Assembly (NCBI GenBank): GCA_003553185.1
Contig: PUPC01000128.1
Location: 1-37,542 of the forward strand
Direction of reading: 5' to 3'
DNA length: 37,542 nt
DNA from: Planctomycetota bacterium
GTDB lineage: Bacteria > Planctomycetota > PUPC01
Notes under the pieces: model-generated
Seen by the model: the letters and a program-made list of their open reading frames with translations, nothing else
What the model was told of the DNA's origin: nothing
Database searches by the model: none
Shown: positions 17,561 through 27,362 of the stretch, piece by piece
Position numbering within the stretch: the first letter of the stretch is position 1
How the letters are laid out: every line of letters begins with the position of its first letter
Position numbers and translations under genes: made by a program

Positions 17561-19339
17561 ATGTCTTCCGAGGAAGCAAACCAACCGGACCGCCCCGAGC
17601 TTGTCCGACGGCTGTTAAGTCTGTATCGGCGCGAGCTGCCGATGACAGTGGTCACCGTGCTGATTACCATCCTCGGTGCCGGGGCCGAGCTGCTCCCCCA
17701 CAACTTCATCCGGATGGCCATCAACTACCTGCAGGAGTGGGCGCGGGTCGGCCCCCTGAACGTATGGCCGTTCGCTGTTCTCATCGTCCTCACCTATCTG
17801 ATTCACAACCTGCTCCGCTTCGCCATGTCCATCAGCCGGATGGACCTGAGCACTCGCCTCAGCAACCGTCTTCGGAGCGGGATATTCTCGGCCTGCCAGC
17901 GCCACTCCCTGACCTTCCACAAGCAGACGACAAGTGGCGACCTCATCTCCCGGGCGACCGCCGACGTGCAGAGGATGGCCCGGTTCCTGTATTCGGGCAT
18001 CTTCGGGCTGTTGGACATCGCGGTTTTCGTGCTCGGGGCAGTGGTGATGCTGGTGTGGATCAACTGGCGGCTCGCCCTGGTGGTGCTGGTGCCCTTCCCC
18101 ATCGCCGTGTTCCTGACCCTGCGGCTGGGGATGAAGGTACGGAGAATCTGGCGGGATTCGCGCGAGGCGTACGGCGATGTGACGACCACCATCCAGGAGA
18201 ATATCGCCGGGGCGCGGGTCGTCCGGGCATTCGCCCAGGAGCACACGGAGGAGTCCAAATTCAAAGACCGCTCGGAACATTTTCTGGGCAAGGTCATCCA
18301 GGCCATCGAGTACTGGGTGATCCGAATGGTCGGCCCCAATTTCGTGTTCGGGCTGGTGATGCCGGTCGCCGTCCTCTATGGCGGGATGCTGGCGTTGGCA
18401 GGGCGGGTGGATGTGGGGGACATCTTCTTCTGCTTCTCGATCATGCAGCCCATCCAGCGGCGGCTGCGGGAGGTCATGCAGTTGGTAGACGTCTATCAGC
18501 GGGCGGCGGCCGCGTCGGAACGGGTGTTCGAGGTGCTCGATGAGGAGCCGAGCATCCAGTCGAATCCGGGAGCGAAGCCGATGCCGCCGTCGCCGGAGAA
18601 TATCGGGGCGTCGGTGGTGTTCGAGGATGTCTCGTTCGGCTACGAGCCGGGCAAGCCGGTGCTCCGCGACATCCGCTTCGAGGCCGAGCCGGGCGCAACG
18701 ATCGCCATCGTCGGGCACACCGGCTCGGGCAAATCGACCCTCATCAGCTTGATCCCCCGCTTTCACGATCCGGTTGCCGGGCGGGTGCTGCTCAACGGGG
18801 CCGACGTGCGCGACATCCGGCTGGGTGAAGTCCGCCGCGAGGTCGGCATCATCTTCCAGGAGACGTTCCTTTTCAGCGCATCGGTCCGCGAGAACATCGC
18901 ATACGGCCGGCCCGAGGCCTCGATGGATGCCATCCGGGAGGCGGCAAAGGCGGCCCGTGCCCACGATTTCATACTCGGGATGGATGACGGATACGACACG
19001 GTCATCGGCGAGCGGGGCGAGACCCTCAGCGGGGGCCAGGCCCAGCGGATCGCCATCGCCCGGGCCATCCTGCTCGACCCCAGCGTGCTCATCATGGACG
19101 ACGCCACGGCAGCCGTGGACTCGGAGACCGAGCGGCTCATCCGCGAGACGATGAAGACGGTCTCGGAGGGCCGCACAAACTTCATCATCGCCCATCGCAT
19201 CTCATCCGTCGCCCACGCCGACCAGATCATCGTGCTGGAGGACGGGCAGATCGCAGAAAGAGGGACTCACGCCGAACTCTATGCGACCGATGGCATTTAC
19301 CGACGAATCTGTGACCAGCAGTTCGGGGTCTTGACATGA
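17561..19339 (+). CDS. ABC exporter half-transporter (TMD-NBD), subunit with the degenerate catalytic residue, 592 aa
   Basis: Track ORF starting 3 nt after the aminotransferase stop. It has a six-helix TMD, Walker A GHTGSGKST, Q-loop FQETFLF, signature LSGGQAQR, Walker B VLIMDDATAAVD (Asp where the catalytic Glu is expected) and H-loop IIAHRIS. Confidence 0.93.
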   Translation: MSSEEANQPDRPELVRRLLSLYRRELPMTVVTVLITILGAGAELLPHNFIRMAINYLQEWARVGPLNVWPFAVLIVLTYLIHNLLRFAMSISRMDLSTRLSNRLRSGIFSACQRHSLTFHKQTTSGDLISRATADVQRMARFLYSGIFGLLDIAVFVLGAVVMLVWINWRLALVVLVPFPIAVFLTLRLGMKVRRIWRDSREAYGDVTTTIQENIAGARVVRAFAQEHTEESKFKDRSEHFLGKVIQAIEYWVIRMVGPNFVFGLVMPVAVLYGGMLALAGRVDVGDIFFCFSIMQPIQRRLREVMQLVDVYQRAAAASERVFEVLDEEPSIQSNPGAKPMPPSPENIGASVVFEDVSFGYEPGKPVLRDIRFEAEPGATIAIVGHTGSGKSTLISLIPRFHDPVAGRVLLNGADVRDIRLGEVRREVGIIFQETFLFSASVRENIAYGRPEASMDAIREAAKAARAHDFILGMDDGYDTVIGERGETLSGGQAQRIAIARAILLDPSVLIMDDATAAVDSETERLIRETMKTVSEGRTNFIIAHRISSVAHADQIIVLEDGQIAERGTHAELYATDGIYRRICDQQFGVLT

Positions 19340-21180
19340 AATATCAGGACATAGACGAGGCGTTCACCAGGACACGGCCCTCGCTGCACACGCTCAAGCG
19401 GATTCTGCATTTCATCAAGCCGTATTGGCGCGAAATCATCGCCCCGTTCATCATCGAAGCGTTCTGGGCCGCCTCTGTGGCCATCACCCCGTTTCTGCTC
19501 ATGATGGCCATCGACGACTTCATCGTCCCGGCGACACAGGGCATCGAGGGTGCCCTGGGCGTCGTGGAGATGCTCCCCCGCGAGCACGCCCGGAACGGGC
19601 TGCTGATCGTGTCCGCCCTGATGACCCTGAACGTGGCATTGAACGTCGTGCTCCAGATGGTGCAGCGGCTTTTCATCCGGCGGGCAGGCGAGAAGGCGAT
19701 CAACGATCTCCGCCGCCATATGTTCGGCCACATCCAGCGGCTGTCGATGGATTTCTTCGACCGGGAGAAGCAAGGGCGGATCATCGCCCGGCTGGACCGC
19801 GACATCGAGAACCTCGAGCCGCTGATTACGTTCGTCCCCCTGTTCTTCGTCCACTGCATCTTCTCGTTCTTCATCGTGCTCGGGATTCTCGCCTGGAACG
19901 ACTGGCGGTTGTGCGGGCTCATTGTAGCGTTCTCGCCCCTCGTCCTGGCGGCGGGGTTCGTATCCGAGAAATGGGGGCTGCCCGTCTATCGCCGCATCCG
20001 CAAGACGGTTTCGACGATGACTTCGCAGGTCGCCGAGGAAGTGACCGGTGTGCAGGTCGTCCAGGCGTTCGGCCGCGAGGAACACAATCTGGACCAGTAT
20101 CAGAACCTGCTCGATCAGTATAGAAGCCACCAGGTGGCCGCCGCCCACGTGCGGGGCATCACCTTCCCGTCGATGATCATGGTGTTCGGTATTGCCCGTG
20201 CCGGTGTGCTGCTGTACGGGGCGCACGCCCTCTCCGCCGGCCACATATCGCTGGGGCTCATCCCCGCCGCGATGATGTACATCGGCATGATCTACGGCCC
20301 CATCATGATGGTCGCCCACTTGTACGACCATCTGCTCTCGTCCTCGGCGTCGTCCGAGCGGGTCGTCCAACTGATGGATTACAGCCCCACCATCGTCGAT
20401 AAGCCGGATGCAAAACCGATCCCCTCCATCGAGGGGCACGTCGCCTTCGAGCACGTCTATTTCAAGTACGACGACGAGCCGGACACCCCGTGGATTCTGG
20501 AGGACATTGACTTCGAGGCACCGGTCGGATCGATCGTGGCTCTCGTCGGATCGACCGGCGCGGGCAAAACCTCGATAACAAACCTCATCCCACGCTTCTA
20601 CGAGCCGCAGCAGGGCCGCATCCTCATCGACGGCATCGACATCTGCGACGTGACCCAGCAATCCCTGCACGAACAGATGGGGATCGTCCTCCAGGATAAC
20701 TTCCTGTTCACCGGCACGGTCATGGATAACCTGCTGTATGGCCGCCCGGACGCGACCGAGGAAGAGGCCGTCGAGGCGGCCAGGGAACTCGCCTCATACG
20801 ACACGATCTGCAACCTGGCCGACGGCTTCCAGACCGATGTGCGCGAACGGGGCGGCGCCATCAGCCACGGGGAACGACAGCTCATCTGCTTCACCCGAGC
20901 GATGATCGCCAACCCGCGCATCCTCATCCTGGACGAGGCGACCAGCGCCGTCGATACAGACACCGAAATCATCATTCAAAACGCACTGTGGAAGCTCATG
21001 GAGGGCCGAACCACCTTCGTGGTCGCACATCGCCTGTCGACCATCCGCCACGCCGACACCATCCTGGTGATCGAGGGAGGACGGATCATCGAGATGGGCG
21101 ACCACGACACACTGATCGCGAACAGAGGGGAATACGCCGACATGTTCGAGGAGTTCATTCGAGGCCCCGATGCGCTTTGA
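19336..21180 (+). CDS. ABC exporter half-transporter (TMD-NBD), subunit with the degenerate signature motif, 614 aa
   Basis: Track ORF whose ATG overlaps the upstream TGA (ATGA at 19336-19339). Walker A GSTGAGKTS. Signature position reads ISHGERQ instead of LSGGQ. Walker B ILILDEATSAVD has the canonical Glu. H-loop VVAHRLS. Confidence 0.93.
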   Translation: MKYQDIDEAFTRTRPSLHTLKRILHFIKPYWREIIAPFIIEAFWAASVAITPFLLMMAIDDFIVPATQGIEGALGVVEMLPREHARNGLLIVSALMTLNVALNVVLQMVQRLFIRRAGEKAINDLRRHMFGHIQRLSMDFFDREKQGRIIARLDRDIENLEPLITFVPLFFVHCIFSFFIVLGILAWNDWRLCGLIVAFSPLVLAAGFVSEKWGLPVYRRIRKTVSTMTSQVAEEVTGVQVVQAFGREEHNLDQYQNLLDQYRSHQVAAAHVRGITFPSMIMVFGIARAGVLLYGAHALSAGHISLGLIPAAMMYIGMIYGPIMMVAHLYDHLLSSSASSERVVQLMDYSPTIVDKPDAKPIPSIEGHVAFEHVYFKYDDEPDTPWILEDIDFEAPVGSIVALVGSTGAGKTSITNLIPRFYEPQQGRILIDGIDICDVTQQSLHEQMGIVLQDNFLFTGTVMDNLLYGRPDATEEEAVEAARELASYDTICNLADGFQTDVRERGGAISHGERQLICFTRAMIANPRILILDEATSAVDTDTEIIIQNALWKLMEGRTTFVVAHRLSTIRHADTILVIEGGRIIEMGDHDTLIANRGEYADMFEEFIRGPDAL

Positions 21181-21410
21181 CCGGCCCCGAACCCCTGAAA
21201 TGAGGTCGCGCACAATCGAGTGTGAAGCAGCGGGGAGCAAGTCGGCATCGCCCACCCCGCGGACCGTGCCGCAATCGCTTGCCTTCTATTGCATCGACCC
21301 GGCGTGACGGCCGTCCTGACTGGCCAACGACAGCGTTCGCGTCGTGGTTGTCAGGTCATGGATCCGGCCCGGGATCCACCTGCGTAGGGGAGCATTTTCA
21401 ACTGGCCCAT

Positions 21411-21439
21411 TTGCATTTTGCATCCGATGTCGCTATAAA
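21411..21439 (+). promoter_or_regulatory. sigma70-like promoter candidate (TTGCAT-N17-TATAAA) for gltB
   Basis: TTGCAT at 21411-21416, a 17-nt spacer, and TATAAA at 21434-21439. It lies about 45 nt upstream of the ATG at 21485. Confidence 0.35.
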
Positions 21440-21484
21440 CTGGGGCGAATTTTACCAGAGAACGGCCTTTCGACGGGTGGCAGG

Positions 21485-24400
21485 ATGGCACGACAAGATA
21501 CCGACAACAGGAATAACCGAATACCCGGGCCGAATGTTGGCCGAGGCCTGTACCGCCCTGAATTCGAGCACGACAGTTGCGGCGTGGGCTTCGTCGCACA
21601 CCTCGATGCTCGGCCCCGGCATCAGGTGGTCCGCGATGCAGTTCAAGTGCTGGCGAGTCTCGAACATCGCGGGGCGCTCGGCGGCGACCGGGCAACCGGG
21701 GATGGAGCGGGGATGCTGCTCGATCTGCCCGACGCGTTCTTTCGCAGCGAACTCGATTTGAAGCTGCCCCGGCTGGGCGACTATGCCGTCGGAATGGTCT
21801 TCCTCCCGGCGGACGAGGCGACCATCGAGGAATGCATCCGCACGTTCGATTCTATCGCGGTCGATGAAGGATGCGATGTGCTCGGCTGGCGTGACGTGCC
21901 GATCGATTCGTCGGTCCTCGGTGAACTCGCCCGCGTCAATCTTCCAAGGATCAAGCAGGTTGTTCTCGACCGGGCAGATGTGCCCGCCTGGGCGTTCGAG
22001 AGGAAACTCTACGTCATCCGCCGCCTCGTCGAAAAAGCGGTCGCGAAACGCGACGACGCCGAGCAGTTCTTCGTGGCCAGCTTGAGCACACAGACCGTCG
22101 TGTACAAGGGCATGCTCGTCGGCTCGGAGCTCGGCCGGTTCTACCCGGACCTGGAGCACGAGCAATTTGCCGGCAGTTTTGCCATCGTACACCAGCGATA
22201 CAGCACGAACACGTTCCCCACGTGGGCCCTGGCACAGCCGTTCCGGATGCTGGCACACAACGGCGAGATCAACACTCTGCACGGCAACGTCAGCCGCATG
22301 CGTTCTCGCGAGCCGGGCCTCGCGTCGAACTACCCTGAGTTGGACATCGAGAAGATCAAGCCGGTGATCGTCGGGGGAGGAAGTGACTCGGCGATGCTGG
22401 ACAACGCACTCGAACTGCTGGTGATGGGCGGCCGGTCACTTCCGCACGCCGCACTGATGATGCTGCCGGGGGCGTGGGGCGACCGGTATGTGCTCGGCCC
22501 GGCCCGGCGGGCGTTCTATGAATATCACGCCGCGATTATGGAGCCGTGGGACGGACCTGCGGCGGTCGTTTTCACCGACGGCCGCTACGTCGGTGCCATG
22601 CTCGACCGCAACGGACTGCGGCCCGCCCGCTATACCATCACCCGCGACGGCCTCGTCGTCCTCGCCTCCGAGAGCGGGGTGCTGGATATACCCGGCGACC
22701 GGATTCTCGGCCGCCACCGACTGCAGCCCGGGAAAATGCTGCTGGTCGACCTCGAGCAGAACCGGCTCATCCCCGACAAGGAAATCAAGACCAAGGTCTC
22801 GTTGCAGAAGCCCTACCGCCGCTGGGTGAAGGAGAACCGGATCGAGTTGCGCGGGCTGCTGATGCCATCGGAGATCCCGGCCGAGGAACCCGAGGTGCTT
22901 CTCCGCAAGCAGCACATGTTCGGTTACACCCGCGAGGAGCTCGAGCGGGTGCTGGGGCCGATGGCCGCACGAGGGCAGGAGGCGGTCGGCTCGATGGGCA
23001 ACGACGCCGCACTCGCGGTGCTGTCCGAGCGGCCCCAACTGCTGTTCGCCTATTTCAAGCAGCGTTTCGCCCAAGTGACCAACCCACCCATCGACCCGCT
23101 GCGCGAAGCTCTGGTCATGTCGCTGATGAGCTTTGTCGGCCGACAGCGCAACCTGCTGGATGAAACGCCCGAACACTGTCGCCAGCTCAAGCTCCACCAC
23201 CCGATTCTCACGCCGAAAGACGTGTGGCAACTGCGGGCGGGCAAACACCCGGACATCGTCGTCGGCGAGCTGGATATGCTCTTCCCGGCGGATGCCGGCC
23301 CCGAGGGGCTGGAGCCGGCCCTGGACGCGATGCTCGCCCGGGCCGAACGGCTCGTCGAGGAGGGGGCGACCATCCTGATACTTACCGACCGCAACGCCGG
23401 CGAGAAACACGTCCCCATGCCGGCTCTGCTGGCGACCTCGGCACTGCACCACCACCTGATCCGGCGCGGCCTGCGGATCAAGTGCGGAGTGATCGCAGAG
23501 ACCGGCGAGGCGCGCGAGGTGATGCACTTCGCCCTGCTCATCGGCTACGGTGCCAACGCCGTCTGTCCGCACGTGGCGTTCTTAACCGTGAACCAGATGG
23601 CCGAGAGCGGAGCGCTTGACGCACAAAGCCGCCCCGAAGACGCGACCGACTCGTACATCACAGCGGTCAAAAAGGGACTGCTGAAGACGTTCAGCCGGAT
23701 GGGCATCTCGACCATCCGGAGCTTTTTCGGCTCGCAGATATTCGAGGCGGTGGGGCTCGACCGCGATCTGGTGGACACTCATTTCTCCGGCACTGTCTCG
23801 CCGATCGGCGGGATCGGACTGCCCGAGATGGCCCGGGAGGCGTTGGCCCGGCATCAGCGGGCATTCCCCGAGACCGGCCGACCGGAAGACCTGCTGGATG
23901 TCGGCAATGCCTACCGTCATCGGGTCGGCGGCGAGCCGCACCTGTGGTCGACCGACGCCGTCCGAGCTCTCCAGCAGGCGACGCGGCAGAATGATTACGC
24001 AATGTTCAAGAAATACGCGAACCTGACGAACGAACAGTCCAACGGACTTATCACCCTGCGCAGCACGTTCCGGTTCAAGCCCGGCAATCCGGTACCCATC
24101 GGCGAGGTCGAGTCCGTGGAGAGCATCTGCTCGCGCTTCGCCGGGGCCGCAATGTCATTGGGGTCGATCAGCCGGGAAGCGCACGAGACCATCGCCATCG
24201 CGCTCAATCGAGTCGGCGCCCGCAGCAACTCGGGGGAAGGCGGCGAGGCGCCGGAGCGCGGCCAACCGATGGCCAACGGGGACAACCGGCGCTCGAGGAC
24301 CAGGCAGATTGCCTCCGGCCGGTTCGGGGTGACCATCGAATATCTCATGGGCGGCGACGAGCTCCAGATCAAGATCGCCCAGGGTGCGAAGCCGGGAGAG

Positions 24401-26047
24401 GGCGGGCAATTGCCCGGGCACAAGGTCAGCGACGACATCGCACGCATCCGGCACACACAGCCGGGGGTCACGTTGATTTCGCCCCCGCCACACCACGACA
24501 TATACTCGATCGAAGACATCGCCCAACTGATCCACGACCTGAAGACCGCCAACCCCAACGCGAGGGTGTCGGTCAAATTGGCATCGGTGGCGGGGGTGGG
24601 GACCATCGCCGCCGGCGTGGCCAAGGCCAGGGCCGACACGGTGCTGATTTCCGGACATGATGGCGGGACCGGGGCGTCCCCGCTGACCGCGATCAAGCAC
24701 ACCGGCATCCCCTGGGAACTGGGGCTCGCCGAGACACACCAGACACTGCTCCAGAACCGGTTGCGCAACCGGATTCGCGTTCAGGTCGACGGACAGTTGC
24801 GCACCGGGCGCGATCTCGCCGTCGCAGCCCTGCTCGGAGCCGAGGAATGGGGGTTCGGGACCGCGCTGCTGGTCACCCTCGGCTGTGTGATGGACCGAAA
24901 ATGTCACTTGAACACCTGTCCTGTCGGGATCGCCACTCAGGACGAGGAACGGCGGAAGCGGTTCAAGGGGCGCCCCGAATACGTCGAGCGCTTCCTGAGG
25001 TTCATCGCCCAAGACCTGCGCGAACAGATGGCCGAGCTCGGGTTCCGGACCGTGGACGAGATGGTTGGCCGCTCCGACCGGCTGGACATGAGCCGACGGC
25101 CTGATCACGCCAAGGCGCGGCACCTCGATTTCAGCCCGCTGGTGGAGACGGGCGGCGCGGACGAACGACACTGCACGATCGGACAAGAGCACGACATCGG
25201 CTCGCCTGTCGACGACGAAATTCTCCGTGCAGCCGAGCCGGCGCTGAAAGATGGCCGGCCCGTGAGCATCAAACTGCCGGTGCGGAACGTCCATCGGACC
25301 GTCGGCACTCGCCTCAGCGGCGAGATCGTCACGCGGCTCGGCGGCAAGACGCTTGCGCCCGACACCATCCGCATCTCGCTGACCGGTTCGGCCGGCCAGA
25401 GTCTCGGCGCGTTCCTTGCGCCCGGCGTCAGCATCCGGCTCGAGGGCGACGCCAACGACTATGTGGCCAAGGGTCTGTCGGGCGGAAAAATCACAATCGT
25501 GCCGCCCGCCGACGCCACGTTTGCCTCACACCAGAACGTCATCATCGGCAACGTCGCCCTGTACGGAGCGACCGGCGGTGAGCTGTATGTGCGAGGCATC
25601 GCGGGCGAGCGCTTCGCCGTGCGAAACAGCGGCGCGGTCGCCGTCGTCGAGGGCGTCGGGGACCACGCATGCGAATACATGACCGGCGGAACAGTCGCTG
25701 TGCTGGGCCGGACCGGCTACAATTTCGCGGCCGGGATGAGCGGCGGCGTGGCATACGTCTACGACGAAGCCGACGTGTTCGAGACCCGCTGCAATCTCGA
25801 TATGGTGGACCTCGAAAGCGTCTGGCACCAGGAGGACCGCGAACTCCTTCTGAACCTGCTGGAGGACTACCTCCGCGAGACCGGGAGCGACCGGGCGCAG
25901 ATGATCCTGGACAACCGGAACACCTGTCTGCCCATGTTCGTGAAAGTGATGCCCATCGAATATCGCAGGTCGCTCGAAAGGATGAGAGGCGCGGAAGACG
26001 TGGGGGACGAGACGGTCTCGGCGACCGAGGAGGTCTTCAAGGACTGA
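21485..26047 (+). CDS. gltB: glutamate synthase large subunit (GltB-type, about 1520 aa)
   Basis: Track ORF 21344..26047. I place the start at the ATG at 21485 (MARQDTDNRNN...GLYRPEFEHDSCGVGF), giving the usual short propeptide before the catalytic Cys of the Ntn amidotransferase domain. The FMN / 3Fe-4S region and the C-terminal GXGXG beta-helix domain (GNVALYGATGGELYVRGIAGERFAVRNSG) are recognisable. Confidence 0.97.
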   Translation: MARQDTDNRNNRIPGPNVGRGLYRPEFEHDSCGVGFVAHLDARPRHQVVRDAVQVLASLEHRGALGGDRATGDGAGMLLDLPDAFFRSELDLKLPRLGDYAVGMVFLPADEATIEECIRTFDSIAVDEGCDVLGWRDVPIDSSVLGELARVNLPRIKQVVLDRADVPAWAFERKLYVIRRLVEKAVAKRDDAEQFFVASLSTQTVVYKGMLVGSELGRFYPDLEHEQFAGSFAIVHQRYSTNTFPTWALAQPFRMLAHNGEINTLHGNVSRMRSREPGLASNYPELDIEKIKPVIVGGGSDSAMLDNALELLVMGGRSLPHAALMMLPGAWGDRYVLGPARRAFYEYHAAIMEPWDGPAAVVFTDGRYVGAMLDRNGLRPARYTITRDGLVVLASESGVLDIPGDRILGRHRLQPGKMLLVDLEQNRLIPDKEIKTKVSLQKPYRRWVKENRIELRGLLMPSEIPAEEPEVLLRKQHMFGYTREELERVLGPMAARGQEAVGSMGNDAALAVLSERPQLLFAYFKQRFAQVTNPPIDPLREALVMSLMSFVGRQRNLLDETPEHCRQLKLHHPILTPKDVWQLRAGKHPDIVVGELDMLFPADAGPEGLEPALDAMLARAERLVEEGATILILTDRNAGEKHVPMPALLATSALHHHLIRRGLRIKCGVIAETGEAREVMHFALLIGYGANAVCPHVAFLTVNQMAESGALDAQSRPEDATDSYITAVKKGLLKTFSRMGISTIRSFFGSQIFEAVGLDRDLVDTHFSGTVSPIGGIGLPEMAREALARHQRAFPETGRPEDLLDVGNAYRHRVGGEPHLWSTDAVRALQQATRQNDYAMFKKYANLTNEQSNGLITLRSTFRFKPGNPVPIGEVESVESICSRFAGAAMSLGSISREAHETIAIALNRVGARSNSGEGGEAPERGQPMANGDNRRSRTRQIASGRFGVTIEYLMGGDELQIKIAQGAKPGEGGQLPGHKVSDDIARIRHTQPGVTLISPPPHHDIYSIEDIAQLIHDLKTANPNARVSVKLASVAGVGTIAAGVAKARADTVLISGHDGGTGASPLTAIKHTGIPWELGLAETHQTLLQNRLRNRIRVQVDGQLRTGRDLAVAALLGAEEWGFGTALLVTLGCVMDRKCHLNTCPVGIATQDEERRKRFKGRPEYVERFLRFIAQDLREQMAELGFRTVDEMVGRSDRLDMSRRPDHAKARHLDFSPLVETGGADERHCTIGQEHDIGSPVDDEILRAAEPALKDGRPVSIKLPVRNVHRTVGTRLSGEIVTRLGGKTLAPDTIRISLTGSAGQSLGAFLAPGVSIRLEGDANDYVAKGLSGGKITIVPPADATFASHQNVIIGNVALYGATGGELYVRGIAGERFAVRNSGAVAVVEGVGDHACEYMTGGTVAVLGRTGYNFAAGMSGGVAYVYDEADVFETRCNLDMVDLESVWHQEDRELLLNLLEDYLRETGSDRAQMILDNRNTCLPMFVKVMPIEYRRSLERMRGAEDVGDETVSATEEVFKD

Positions 26048-26328
26048 TCCGAACGGCTCCCTCAACCACACACGCCCGGAACCGACTGGCGGCCTGTCGC
26101 AGAGTACGGAAACGGTTGTGCCGAGGTCGATCAGAACCGGCCCGGTCGGGTCAAGGAGGCCCTGACCTGGAAGCTCTATGGAACGGGCCATTGAAAGTCT
26201 TGGAGAGAAACATATCCTTTGATTGCACGCGTTACTTGACGCTATCAAATTGCCGCGGGGGTTGACAGCCGCACTCGACTGCCGCATCCTGTGATCGTGA
26301 ATTCTGCTGCCCGAACTGGAGGATGAAG

Positions 26329-27336
26329 ATGAAGAAGATTTTGCTGGCGGTAACGAAGGACAATTATCCGGAAGTCATCACGCCCGAGACCGAGGCGGGA
26401 ATCCGGGAACTCGGCGAGGTGGTCAAACGCGATGACCTGAAGGAGGCGGACGACCCGCAGACGGCCTACGTCGAGGCCATCCGGGCCGCCCGCCCCGAGA
26501 TCGTCGTCACCGGATGGGGTTCGCCGACCCTCACTATGGAGGCCTACCGAGCCAGCCCCGACCTGGCGTATATGTGCCACTGCGCGGGGACAGTTCGGAA
26601 CTACGTTGACCGCGACGTGCTCGCCTCGGGCCTGCTGGTGTCGAACTGGGGCCGTCTGCCCGCACCGACCGTGGCCGAGGCCTCTTTGATGATGACCCTC
26701 GCCTGCCTGAGAAAGGTGAGCGGGTACGTCCGCCTGCTCGACGACGGCGGATGGGGGGCCGGCGAGTTCGAGAGCGCCAGCTTGTTCGGACGGAGCGTCG
26801 GGCTCCACGGGCTGGGGGTCATCGCCCAGGAATTCGTCCGGCTGCTCGCCCCGTTCGACTGCGACATCTCGGCGTTCTCGCCCCACTGCCCCGACGAGGT
26901 GTTCGAAGAACTGGGCGTCGCCCGCGAGGAAGACCTGGCGAATTTGTACGCCGCGAACGATGTCGTCTCCATCCACGCATCCAAGACGCCCAAGAACCAC
27001 CACATCGTGGACGCTGATATTCTGGCGGGGATGAAGGACGGGGCCGTGCTGGTCAACACGGCCCGGGGCGCGATCATCGACACCGAGGCCCTGGTCGAAA
27101 AGCTCGAGGAAGGGACGATCTGGGCGGCACTCGACGTGTTCGAACAGGAGCCGCTGCCGGCCGACTCGCCGCTCAGGGGGATGCGAAACGTGCTGCTGCT
27201 CCCCCACCAGGCCGGCCCCACGCCCGACTGGCAGCCAAGGATGGGCCGACACGCCCTCGAGAACCTGAGCCGCTACGTCGCGGGCGAAGATGTGACCGAC
27301 GTGGTGACCGTGCAGAAATACGACTTGATCACCTGA
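26329..27336 (+). CDS. D-isomer-specific 2-hydroxyacid dehydrogenase family, NAD-binding, about 335 aa
   Basis: Track ORF 26323..27336. The second ATG (26329) has better spacing from GGAGG. Motifs: GLHGLGVIAQEF (GxGxxG), VSIHASKT, LVNTARGAIID, AALDVFEQEPLP and LLPHQAG. Confidence 0.88.
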   Translation: MKKILLAVTKDNYPEVITPETEAGIRELGEVVKRDDLKEADDPQTAYVEAIRAARPEIVVTGWGSPTLTMEAYRASPDLAYMCHCAGTVRNYVDRDVLASGLLVSNWGRLPAPTVAEASLMMTLACLRKVSGYVRLLDDGGWGAGEFESASLFGRSVGLHGLGVIAQEFVRLLAPFDCDISAFSPHCPDEVFEELGVAREEDLANLYAANDVVSIHASKTPKNHHIVDADILAGMKDGAVLVNTARGAIIDTEALVEKLEEGTIWAALDVFEQEPLPADSPLRGMRNVLLLPHQAGPTPDWQPRMGRHALENLSRYVAGEDVTDVVTVQKYDLIT

Positions 27337-27362
27337 ACGGCCGGCAATGCGCCGGCGGGCGG

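Noticed and set aside
17615-20670. 526-aa and 457-aa ORFs on the minus strand (17615..19195, 19297..20670)
   Set aside because: They are antisense to the two ABC exporter genes, which carry complete Walker A/B, signature and H-loop motifs. Both are typical shadow frames.
21403-21422. sigma54-like TGGC…TTGCA elements upstream of gltB
   Set aside because: The spacing from the GG to the GC of the two TTGCA copies is 9 and 16 nt. The sigma54 -24/-12 consensus (TGGCAC-N5-TTGC) requires about 12 nt.
21344-21484. 47-codon N-terminal extension of gltB
   Set aside because: It would cover the promoter-like element. The ATG at 21485 gives the usual short propeptide before the catalytic Cys (…EHDSCGVGF).
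27340-27356. GCCGGC-aatgc-GCCGGC hairpin in the 26-nt gap between the convergent dehydrogenase and buk genes
   Set aside because: It has only a 6-bp stem and no U-tract on either strand. It could be a bidirectional terminator in a high-GC organism, but the sequence alone does not support calling it.
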